Of a DNA stretch of 63,673 nt, positions 18,759 to 27,168 are shown in pieces; within the stretch, counting starts at the first letter, position 1; every line of letters begins with the position of its first letter. The notes below the pieces were generated by a model. The model was not told where the DNA came from, made no database searches, and was given only the letters and a program-made list of their open reading frames with translations. This stretch comes from an uncultured Lachnospiraceae bacterium. Its GTDB lineage: Bacteria; Bacillota; Clostridia; Lachnospirales; Lachnospiraceae. The stretch covers positions 1 to 63,673 of the forward strand of contig CAYJHO010000005.1 in assembly GCA_964369945.1 (NCBI GenBank). The letters are read 5' to 3'. The position numbers were made by a program, and so were the translations under genes.

Positions 18759-18867
18759 GAATTTCAGAAACAGATTCCGAGATTCATGATGAAAAAGTGG
18801 GGGACAGGGTCCACCAAGGAAAATCTAGAGCCCTAAAATCCAGGTCTCTAGATTTCTGAGAGTATAT
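18759..18867 (+). repeat. Dispersed structured intergenic element, full copy A (about 109 nt)
   Basis: By eye it differs from the copy at 25949-26056 at about 10 positions over about 109 nt. It contains the hairpin AATCTAGAG...CTCTAGATT (18822-18854) and ends GAGAGTATAT, 25 nt before the mfd ATG. Confidence 0.75.
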
Positions 18868-18891
18868 CTAATAGTAGGAAGGAAGAAGAGT

Positions 18892-21800
18892 ATGCAAGCT
18901 CTGTTATCACCACTCTATGAGTTGGCAGATTTTAATAAAATAAAGCAAGATTTGAGGGATGGGAATGGAAACATCTCTATTTCAGGTTGTGTAGATGCAC
19001 AAAAGTGGCATATTTGTAATGGACTAGGAGCGGAATATAAATATAAGGTCATTATTACTTTTAGTGAAATACATGCAAAAGAAATCTTCGAGCAAAATCA
19101 GTGGTATGATAGAAATACGTATTATTATCCAGCGAAGGACTTAATTTTTTACCAAGCAGATATCCATGGAAATCAACAAACCAAAGAGCGAATTCGTATT
19201 ATTAAGAGATTGTTGCAAAAGAAACCAATTACCATTGTGACAACCTTTGATGCTCTTATGGCACCACAGGTACCACTAGAAATTTATGAAGAAAGTATTT
19301 TGCGCTTTAAAAAGGGAGAAGATATTGCAAGAACGGAAGTGGCAAAAGGACTAGTGGCCTTAGGATATGAAAAGGTATTTCAGGTAGAAATGCCAGGTCA
19401 ATTTTCGATTCGTGGTGATATTGTAGATATTTTTGATTTAACAGAAGACAACCCAGTTAGAATAGAATTTTGGGGCGATACTATGGAATCTATTCGAAGC
19501 TTTGATGTGGAAACCCAGCGTTCCATTCAAAACCTAAGTCAAGTTTCCATTTTCCCAGCAGTAGAGCTTATTTTGAACCAAGATACAAGAGAGCACGGGA
19601 TGAAAAAGATTCAAGAGGAGGCAAAACTACAATATGATTTGTTTCGTAAGGAATTTAAGACAGAGGAGGCTCATAGGATACAAACCCAGATTAAGGCACT
19701 AGAAGAGGACTTGTTCTTATTTGAATCTATGACTAATTTGGATAGTTATTTAAAGTATTTCTACGAAAAAACTAATGGTTTATTGTGGTTTTTAGATCCT
19801 AGTAAAACCATGGTTGTATTAGAAGAGCCGAATCGAATTGTGCAGCATGTAGAAGCAGTAGAGCTAGAGTTTAGGGAAAGTATGGGGAACCGTTTAGAAA
19901 AAGGATATATACTACCAAAGCAAACGGAGTTACTTTATACCGCACAAGAGACGAGTGCTCTATTAAAGAAATTTCATGTCTTAGCCCTATCTATGATGGA
20001 GCATAGATGTAGTTTGTTTCCGTTCAAAGAAAGTTATGATATCAGTGCAAAAAATATATCGCCCTATAATAGTAGCTTTGAAACTTTGATAAAAGATATC
20101 AAGAGATTTACCAAAGAAAAGTATCGAATCATACTAGTATCCCCTTCCAAAACAAAGGCAAAGCGATTAGCAGATAATTTAAGAGAGTATGAACTAGCAG
20201 CAGCTTTTAGTGAGGATCCTTTTCGTGAAGCGGTGGTGGGAGAAGTTCTTTGTATCCAAGGAAGTATTGCAAAGGGATTTGAATATCCACTACTGAAATT
20301 TGTGGCTATCTGTGAAAGTGATATCTTTGGTGTAGAGAAAAAGGCGAAAAGAAAGAAGCATGGATTAGCAGGTACCAAGCTGCAAAGTTTTACAGACTTG
20401 CATGTAGGGGATTATGTGGTTCATGAATTATATGGTTTAGGGCAATACGAGGGTATTGAGAAAATAGAAATTGATAATGTAATCAAAGACTATATTAAAT
20501 TAAGTTATCGTGATAATGGGAAGGTATTTGTACCAGCCACCGGCCTAGATATCTTGCAAAAGTATGCATCTGCTGAGGCCAAGACACCAAAACTTACTAA
20601 GTTAGGAACTAAGGAATGGGGAAAAGCAAAGCAAAAGGTAAAGCTAGCAGTAGAAACAGTAGCAAAAGACCTTATAGAATTGTATGCCAAGCGTGAAAAT
20701 CAAAAGGGACATTCGTATGGTGTAGATACTGTTTGGCAAAGAGAATTTGAAGAAATGTTTCCTTATCAAGAAACAGACGATCAATTATTGGCCATTGAAG
20801 CTACCAAAAAAGATATGGAAAGTACTAAGATTATGGATCGCCTTATCTGTGGAGATGTAGGCTATGGCAAGACAGAGGTGGCAATACGTGCGGCTTTTAA
20901 AGCAGTGCAAGAAGGAAAGCAAGTGGTATATCTAGTTCCCACCACCATTTTGGCAGGGCAACATTACAATACCTTTTGTCAGAGAATGAAAGATTATCCA
21001 ATACAGGTGGAACTTCTATGTAGATTTAGAACTCCAGCACAGCAAAAAAAGACGATGGAAGGATTGAAAAAAGGTTTTGTAGATATTGTGGTAGGAACAC
21101 ATAGAGTGTTATCAAAGGATATTAATTTCAAAGATTTAGGACTTTTGATTATTGACGAAGAACAACGCTTTGGGGTAACACATAAAGAGAAAATTAAGCA
21201 AATGAAAGATACCCTTGATGTACTAACCTTAACTGCAACGCCAATTCCAAGAACCCTGCATATGAGCTTAATTGGGGTAAGGGATATGAGTGTACTAGAA
21301 GAAGCTCCTCATGAAAGACAGCCGATACAGACTTATGTTATGGAATATAATGAAGAAATGGTGAGAGAAGCTATTGTAAGAGAGTTGACAAGATCTGGCC
21401 AGGTATATTATGTATATAATCGTGTCAATGATATAGAACAAGTTACAGCAACAGTACAACAGTTGGTACCAGAAGCTATTGTAGCTTACGCACATGGACA
21501 AATGAAGGAACATGAATTAGAGCGAATTATGTATGATTTTGTGAATGGAGAAATTGACGTCTTGGTTTCTACCACCATTATAGAGACAGGGTTAGATATT
21601 TCTAATGCCAATACTATGATTATTCATGATTCAGATAGTTTAGGTTTGTCACAGCTCTATCAGCTAAGAGGTCGCGTTGGAAGGTCAAATAAAACCTCTT
21701 ATGCCTTTATGATGTATAAACGTGGAAAAATGTTGAAAGAAGTTGCAGAAAAGAGACTGCAGGCAATAAAAGAGTTTACAGATTTAGGGAGCGGCTTTAA

Positions 21801-22449
21801 AATAGCCATGAGAGATTTAGAAATTCGTGGAGCTGGAAACCTATTAGGAAGAGCACAGCATGGACATATGGAAGCCGTTGGTTATGATATGTATTGTAAG
21901 ATGCTTCAGGCAGCTGTAAAAGTAGCTGGAGGTTATGGAAAAAACACGGATTTAGGTTTGGAGTTTAATACCACAATGGATCTTAGAGCAGATGCCTTTA
22001 TTCCTAGCGAATTTATCTTAAATGAAATGCAAAAAATAGATATTTACAAGAGGATTTCTACCATTGAAACGGAACTAGAAAGAGAAGATATGGAACAGGA
22101 ACTCGGAGATAGATTTGGAACAGTGCCGCAGGCTGTAAAGAACTTAATCACCATTAATCTATTACGTGTAAAAGCTCATGGAATGAGAATTAGCGATGTT
22201 AGAACCATTCAAAATAGATTACAACTTGTATTTTGTAAAGATGCCTTGGTGGATCCAGAAAAGATCCATCCATTCATTAAGAGTTTTGAGGGAAAAATGA
22301 GTTTCGCACCAATGCCAGCCCCTACCTTTACGTATCGTATGCAGTTGACAGATGTGATAGAGAAAGACTCTGCTCTTATTTTAGAAGAGTGTGAAGTGAT
22401 ATTGAATCGAATGAAAGAGGAGTTAATCAAAACAGATGAGAAGAGATAA
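18892..22449 (+). CDS. mfd: Transcription-repair coupling factor
   Basis: The 1185-aa ORF has a UvrB-homology N-terminus, a CarD-like domain (GDYVVHELYGLG) and superfamily-2 helicase motifs (GDVGYGKTEVA, DEEQRFG). Confidence 0.95.
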   Translation: MQALLSPLYELADFNKIKQDLRDGNGNISISGCVDAQKWHICNGLGAEYKYKVIITFSEIHAKEIFEQNQWYDRNTYYYPAKDLIFYQADIHGNQQTKERIRIIKRLLQKKPITIVTTFDALMAPQVPLEIYEESILRFKKGEDIARTEVAKGLVALGYEKVFQVEMPGQFSIRGDIVDIFDLTEDNPVRIEFWGDTMESIRSFDVETQRSIQNLSQVSIFPAVELILNQDTREHGMKKIQEEAKLQYDLFRKEFKTEEAHRIQTQIKALEEDLFLFESMTNLDSYLKYFYEKTNGLLWFLDPSKTMVVLEEPNRIVQHVEAVELEFRESMGNRLEKGYILPKQTELLYTAQETSALLKKFHVLALSMMEHRCSLFPFKESYDISAKNISPYNSSFETLIKDIKRFTKEKYRIILVSPSKTKAKRLADNLREYELAAAFSEDPFREAVVGEVLCIQGSIAKGFEYPLLKFVAICESDIFGVEKKAKRKKHGLAGTKLQSFTDLHVGDYVVHELYGLGQYEGIEKIEIDNVIKDYIKLSYRDNGKVFVPATGLDILQKYASAEAKTPKLTKLGTKEWGKAKQKVKLAVETVAKDLIELYAKRENQKGHSYGVDTVWQREFEEMFPYQETDDQLLAIEATKKDMESTKIMDRLICGDVGYGKTEVAIRAAFKAVQEGKQVVYLVPTTILAGQHYNTFCQRMKDYPIQVELLCRFRTPAQQKKTMEGLKKGFVDIVVGTHRVLSKDINFKDLGLLIIDEEQRFGVTHKEKIKQMKDTLDVLTLTATPIPRTLHMSLIGVRDMSVLEEAPHERQPIQTYVMEYNEEMVREAIVRELTRSGQVYYVYNRVNDIEQVTATVQQLVPEAIVAYAHGQMKEHELERIMYDFVNGEIDVLVSTTIIETGLDISNANTMIIHDSDSLGLSQLYQLRGRVGRSNKTSYAFMMYKRGKMLKEVAEKRLQAIKEFTDLGSGFKIAMRDLEIRGAGNLLGRAQHGHMEAVGYDMYCKMLQAAVKVAGGYGKNTDLGLEFNTTMDLRADAFIPSEFILNEMQKIDIYKRISTIETELEREDMEQELGDRFGTVPQAVKNLITINLLRVKAHGMRISDVRTIQNRLQLVFCKDALVDPEKIHPFIKSFEGKMSFAPMPAPTFTYRMQLTDVIEKDSALILEECEVILNRMKEELIKTDEKR

Positions 22450-22921
22450 AGTCAATTATTACTTGGATTTGGCAGAAACCGTATCTCAAAGATGTACTTG
22501 CTTGCGAAGACATTATGGAGCGGTCATAGTAAAAGAAGATGAAGTAATATCTACAGGATATGTAGGTGCACCTAGAGGAAGAGCGAACTGCACAGATTTA
22601 GGAGAGTGTATCCGCATGAAAATGCAAGTCCCAAGAGGGGAGCGCTATGAACTATGTAGAAGTGTTCATGCAGAGGCCAATGCAATTATTTCAGCTAGTA
22701 GAGATAAAATGCTTGGAAGCAGTTTGTATTTGGTGGGCACGGAAGCCAATAGCGGTGAATATGTAGCAAATTCCAGTAGTTGTGCTATGTGCAAACGAAT
22801 GATTATTAATGCAGGAATTGAAGAACTTTATATCCGCGATTCCAAGGATGAATATCGTCGAATATTGGTGCAAACTTGGATTGATGAGGATGAATCCATA
22901 GAGGGAATCAAAGGTTACTAG
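22436..22921 (+). CDS. comEB: dCMP (deoxycytidylate) deaminase, ComEB type
   Basis: The zinc motifs HAEANAI and CAMCKRMII are present. The protein is 161 aa and its start overlaps the mfd stop. Confidence 0.8.
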   Translation: MRRDKVNYYLDLAETVSQRCTCLRRHYGAVIVKEDEVISTGYVGAPRGRANCTDLGECIRMKMQVPRGERYELCRSVHAEANAIISASRDKMLGSSLYLVGTEANSGEYVANSSSCAMCKRMIINAGIEELYIRDSKDEYRRILVQTWIDEDESIEGIKGY

Positions 22922-22953
22922 AAGATTCCAAGAGGATAGGAGGGCTAGATCGT

Positions 22954-24270
22954 ATGAATCACGTGGTACCTAAGCTATTATTGTATAGTGGAATTGAAGA
23001 AGGTAGTATCTTAAAAAACTTATCAGAATTATTTGCATTGCTAGAACAAGGGGAGAGAAAAGAAGCACTGGTAAGCCGTTTTCATGTAGAAGTAAGGCGT
23101 TTATTAGAGGTGGCTACTGCCTATGGATTTGATGGAAATCTGTGGCAAAATTATTTAACCTTTTTATTGATTACAGATGAAAATCCTTTTAGCATCACCT
23201 GTGAAAAGGTAGGAGCCAAAGAAGGTAGTGTAAGAGCACTGGCAAGATTAGATTATCAATGTTTTAGAACCTTGTTTCACTATGATTTTACCAAATTAGA
23301 AAAGGAACTTGATATCTCTTGTTTTTCTGTGATTACGGATTATCAAGCCATTCAAAAAGAAGAGTTGATGTATAATAAGAATGTAAGTGAAAAGGTAAAA
23401 TCTTTGAGCATGAAACTAGCAAAAGCAACAAGTGAAGAAGAATTTTTCCACTTGGTTACAGAATTTTATCGTGCCTTTGGCGTGGGAATGTTTGGCTTAA
23501 ATAAGGCCTTTAGAGTAGGAGAACGCATTGGGAGTGAGGCATTACAATTCTTACCGATCAACAATATGGATAAGGTTATGCTAGGCGACCTAGTAGGATA
23601 TGAACTACAAAAGAAGAAATTAGTAGACAACACCCAGGCATTTGTGGAAGGTAAGAAGGCTAACAATGTACTCCTATTTGGAGATAGTGGTACGGGTAAA
23701 TCTACTAGCATTAAAGCCATTGTAAATCAGTTTTATGATGATGGCCTTCGCATGATAGAAATATACAAGCATCAATTTAAAGATTTAAGTTCTATTATTG
23801 CTCAGATTAAGAATCGAAATTACAAGTTTATTATTTATATGGATGACTTATCGTTTGAAGAGTTCGAAGTAGAATATAAGTTTCTAAAAGCAGTAATAGA
23901 GGGGGGCGTAGAGACAAAGCCAGATAATATTTTAATTTATGCCACATCAAATCGTAGACATTTAATCAAAGAAACATGGAAAGATAGAAATGATATAGAG
24001 GTACAAGAAGGGCTTCACCGTTCGGATACCATGGAAGAAAAGCTGTCTTTAGTACATCGTTTTGGACTTACTATCAATTATTCGAAACCTTCTCAAAAAG
24101 AGTATTTCGAAATAGTCTTGGCCTTAGCAAGAAAAAATGGATTAACACAAAGTGAAGAAACCTTGAAGCTAGAAGCAAATAGGTGGGAATTGCTTCATGG
24201 AGGAATTTCTGGACGTACAGCACAGCAGTTTATCAATTATATGAGTTCTCATCTGACGCATGAGGAATAG
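22954..24270 (+). CDS. DUF815-type AAA+ ATPase of unknown function
   Basis: Walker A is FGDSGTGKST and Walker B is IIYMDDLSF. ATSNRRHL is present. The 438-aa layout is typical of DUF815. Confidence 0.7.
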   Translation: MNHVVPKLLLYSGIEEGSILKNLSELFALLEQGERKEALVSRFHVEVRRLLEVATAYGFDGNLWQNYLTFLLITDENPFSITCEKVGAKEGSVRALARLDYQCFRTLFHYDFTKLEKELDISCFSVITDYQAIQKEELMYNKNVSEKVKSLSMKLAKATSEEEFFHLVTEFYRAFGVGMFGLNKAFRVGERIGSEALQFLPINNMDKVMLGDLVGYELQKKKLVDNTQAFVEGKKANNVLLFGDSGTGKSTSIKAIVNQFYDDGLRMIEIYKHQFKDLSSIIAQIKNRNYKFIIYMDDLSFEEFEVEYKFLKAVIEGGVETKPDNILIYATSNRRHLIKETWKDRNDIEVQEGLHRSDTMEEKLSLVHRFGLTINYSKPSQKEYFEIVLALARKNGLTQSEETLKLEANRWELLHGGISGRTAQQFINYMSSHLTHEE

Positions 24271-24285
24271 AGGAGGAGTTTCATT

Positions 24286-24807
24286 TTGAACGGATATGTA
24301 CAAGTTTATACAGGGAATGGAAAAGGAAAAACAACCTGTATGTTAGGTCTTTGCCTAAGAGCTGCAGGGGCAGATAAGAGAATTTTTATAGGCCAATTTT
24401 TAAAAGATGATGATTATAGTGAGATTTTGGCATTAAAGAAGTTTTTGCCTCAAATTAAAGTAGAACAGTATGGTGCAGGAGAGGGATTTATCAAAAAAGG
24501 GAATCCTAGCGAAAGAGATATTAGTTGTGCGAAAAGAGGATATGATGCAATTTATGCAGCAGTAAGTAGTGGGGACTTTGATTTAGTGATTGCAGATGAA
24601 TTAAATGTAGCTTGCTATTATGATCTTATTAGCCCCGAGCAAATCTTGTATTTGATGGAACAAAAGGCAAGCCATACTGAATTAGTGATAACAGGACGAT
24701 ATGCAAAAGAAGAAGTCATGGAAGCAGCAGATTTGGTAACAGAAATGAAACAAGTGAAACACTATTATGAGCAAGGGGTTCCTGCGAGAGTAGGAATAGA
24801 GAAATAG
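24286..24807 (+). CDS. cobO: Corrinoid (cob(I)yrinic acid a,c-diamide) adenosyltransferase
   Basis: The ORF contains YTGNGKGKTT, ADELN and VTEMKQVKHYYEQGVPARVGIE. It uses a TTG start preceded by AGGAGG. Confidence 0.85.
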   Translation: MNGYVQVYTGNGKGKTTCMLGLCLRAAGADKRIFIGQFLKDDDYSEILALKKFLPQIKVEQYGAGEGFIKKGNPSERDISCAKRGYDAIYAAVSSGDFDLVIADELNVACYYDLISPEQILYLMEQKASHTELVITGRYAKEEVMEAADLVTEMKQVKHYYEQGVPARVGIEK

Positions 24808-24824
24808 GATACGGGGAGATAGTA

Positions 24825-25802
24825 ATGGAACGATTACAAATTACAATAGGGGTTACCATTTTTGCTTTTTTACTAGATTTTATTATCGGGGATCCGCAAA
24901 ATCCGATGCATCCTATTCGATTGGTAGGAGCGGTAATTTCTAAATGGATTAAGCTTGCAGAAAAAATAGCATTTAAATCCAATAGAAAAGTATTTTATTT
25001 TGGGATGTTTATGACACTAGCAACTGTGCTGACTTTTTTTGTGGGAACGGCAGTGCTGCTAGGCTTACTTTATCAAATACAATTTTATATAGGTTTTGTG
25101 GTAGAAGGGATTTTAGGTTACTTTATGCTAGCAGCAAGAGCTCTTTATACCGAAGCAAGCGATATTCATGCCATTGTGAAAAGAGGAAACCTAGAAAAAG
25201 CAAGAGAAAGGCTTTCTTATATTGTGGGGAGAGACACAAAAGAGCTTTCTTTTGAACAAATTATTAAGGCCACAATCGAAACAGTAGCAGAGAATTTATC
25301 AGATGGAGTGATTGCGCCTATTCTCTACATGATGTTAGGGGGGGCACCACTAGCTGTGGCCTATAAGGTTATTAACACCTTTGATTCTATGGTAGGATAT
25401 CGTAATGAACGATTTGAATACTTGGGTAAATTTGCAGCAAAGTTAGATGATGTGGTAAATTTTATTCCAGCAAGATTATCTGCTGTTTTTATGATGCTCG
25501 CTTGTCTGTTTTATAGAAAAGATACAATAAGATCAATCAAAATTTACTGCCGTGATAGAAAGAATCACAGTAGCCCAAATTCTGCCCATACAGAATCAGT
25601 GTGTGCAGGTGCATTGGGATTACAATTAGGTGGAACCTCCTATTATGGGGGGAAGGCAGTAGTGAAGCCAAGCATTGGAGATGAAGTACATAGACCCATA
25701 GCAAAACATATGTTACAAGCTGGAAAACTTATGTATATTTCAGCCTTTGTTCCTATTGTACTTGCTACTATTGTGTTGTACTTGTTTCTTTTTCCAAGAT
25801 GA
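24825..25802 (+). CDS. cbiB: Adenosylcobinamide-phosphate synthase
   Basis: This is a membrane protein carrying DPQNPMHPIRLVG, NLSDGVIAPI and HSSPNSAHTES, all typical of CbiB. Confidence 0.9.
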   Translation: MERLQITIGVTIFAFLLDFIIGDPQNPMHPIRLVGAVISKWIKLAEKIAFKSNRKVFYFGMFMTLATVLTFFVGTAVLLGLLYQIQFYIGFVVEGILGYFMLAARALYTEASDIHAIVKRGNLEKARERLSYIVGRDTKELSFEQIIKATIETVAENLSDGVIAPILYMMLGGAPLAVAYKVINTFDSMVGYRNERFEYLGKFAAKLDDVVNFIPARLSAVFMMLACLFYRKDTIRSIKIYCRDRKNHSSPNSAHTESVCAGALGLQLGGTSYYGGKAVVKPSIGDEVHRPIAKHMLQAGKLMYISAFVPIVLATIVLYLFLFPR

Positions 25803-25822
25803 GCTCTTGGAATCTTTCCTAC

Positions 25823-25955
25823 GAAATTCAAAAACAAAGTATTCACAAAATGCGCTTTCGCTCGGTTACAACGTAGCTGTACCTAAGTGGCTAAAAAACA
25901 GCCCCTAAATACAGACGTTTCCACACGATTTGTGCCTACTTTGTTTTTGAATTTC
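25823..25955. repeat. 133-bp module bounded by perfect 19-bp terminal inverted repeats (MITE-like or long hairpin)
   Basis: GAAATTCAAAAACAAAGTA at 25823-25841 is the exact reverse complement of TACTTTGTTTTTGAATTTC at 25937-25955. After a 2x2 internal loop the stem extends by CACAAA/TTTGTG. The right arm overlaps the first 7 nt of element copy B. Confidence 0.7.
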
Positions 25956-26056
25956 TGAAACAGATTCCGAGATTCGTGATGAAAAAGTGGGGGACAAAGC
26001 CCCCTAAGGAAAATCTAGAGCCCTAAAATCAAGGTCTCTAGATTCCGAGAGTATAT
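25949..26056 (+). repeat. Dispersed structured intergenic element, full copy B
   Basis: It aligns end to end with 18759-18867 and has the same TCTAGAG...CTCTAGA hairpin. It ends GAGAGTATAT, 20 nt before the cobD ATG. Confidence 0.75.
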
Positions 26057-26075
26057 TAGGGTAGTAGGAGGTAGT

Positions 26076-27137
26076 ATGTATCAATATGAACATGGGGGAA
26101 GTCAGAGATTTCTTCGAGAAGATTTACTGGACTTTTCTGTCAATATTAACCCATTGGGGCTTCCGAAAGGATTAAATCAAGCGGTTCAAGCAGCTATGGA
26201 AGATGTAATTTATTATCCAGATTGTTTTAATCGCAACTTAAGAAACGCAATTGCAAAGTATGAAAATATAGCGATAGATCATATCTTTTGTGGTAATGGT
26301 GCTTCGGATATTATTTTCAGAATTTGTTATGCAAAAAAAGCAAAAACAGCATTGGTGTTAGCTCCTACTTTTTCCGATTATGAAAGGGCACTAAGAGCCA
26401 GTGGATGTGAGCAGGTAATATATCACTACTTACAGGAATCGCTAGGATTTCAGCCGGATGAAAGTCTTGAAAAACAGATACAAGATGGGAAGTATGATCT
26501 GATTTTTTTATGTAATCCCAATAACCCTACAGGCTGTGTTATGACTAGAGGTAAGTTAGAGAAGATAGCAAAGGTAGTAGAAGGCTATGGGGGCACTTTG
26601 GTGGTGGATGAATGTTTTCTTGATTTTGTAGTAAATAAACAGGAAATTTCTTTACTTCCGTTAGTGGGGCAATACCCGAATCTGATGGTATTAAAAGCTT
26701 TTACTAAGTTTTTTGCTATGCCAGGATTTCGTTTAGGCTATGCCATTAGTAGTAACCAAGAATGGTTAGAAAGCTTGTATCAATATGGTGCTGACTGGAC
26801 GGTATCTACCTTTGCACAATATGCAGGAATAGAAGCATTAAGGGATGATTCTTATCGTAAAAAGGCCGTAGAGTTTGTGGCAAGAGAGAGAGAATTCTTG
26901 CAAATAGCCTTACAAGGGCTTGGCTGCACCATATATGAAAGTAAGGCAAATTATATCTTCTTTGGCTGTCCTAGTCAGGAGAATTTAGATAACATATTAT
27001 TGGAACACTATAATATAGCAATTCGTTCTTGTAGTAACTATGTAGGATTAGGTCGTGGTTACTATCGAATCGGTATTAAAAACAGAAAAGAGAATGAAAA
27101 AATAGTTAGTGCTCTACAAAAAATTATGATACAATAG
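26076..27137 (+). CDS. cobD: L-threonine-O-3-phosphate decarboxylase (class I/II aminotransferase fold)
   Basis: The ORF contains LDFSVNINPLG, LCNPNNPTG and the PLP-lysine region LKAFTKFFAMPGFRLGY. It sits next to cbiB and cobO. Confidence 0.8.
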   Translation: MYQYEHGGSQRFLREDLLDFSVNINPLGLPKGLNQAVQAAMEDVIYYPDCFNRNLRNAIAKYENIAIDHIFCGNGASDIIFRICYAKKAKTALVLAPTFSDYERALRASGCEQVIYHYLQESLGFQPDESLEKQIQDGKYDLIFLCNPNNPTGCVMTRGKLEKIAKVVEGYGGTLVVDECFLDFVVNKQEISLLPLVGQYPNLMVLKAFTKFFAMPGFRLGYAISSNQEWLESLYQYGADWTVSTFAQYAGIEALRDDSYRKKAVEFVAREREFLQIALQGLGCTIYESKANYIFFGCPSQENLDNILLEHYNIAIRSCSNYVGLGRGYYRIGIKNRKENEKIVSALQKIMIQ

Positions 27138-27168
27138 CAGAAATGCGAAAGAAAAGGAAATGAAGTAA

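Noticed and set aside
22436-24270. The dCMP deaminase plus AAA+ ATPase pair as a nucleotide-depletion anti-phage system.
   Set aside because: The deaminase is a short ComEB-type housekeeping enzyme that overlaps the mfd stop. It has no kinase or sensor domain. DUF815 ATPases are widespread core genes in Clostridia.
25803-26075. A cobalamin riboswitch in the large gap inside the cob gene string.
   Set aside because: I found no B12-box-like sequence and no resemblance to the conserved riboswitch core. The gap is fully accounted for by the TIR module plus element copy B. A cmsearch with RF00174 would settle this.
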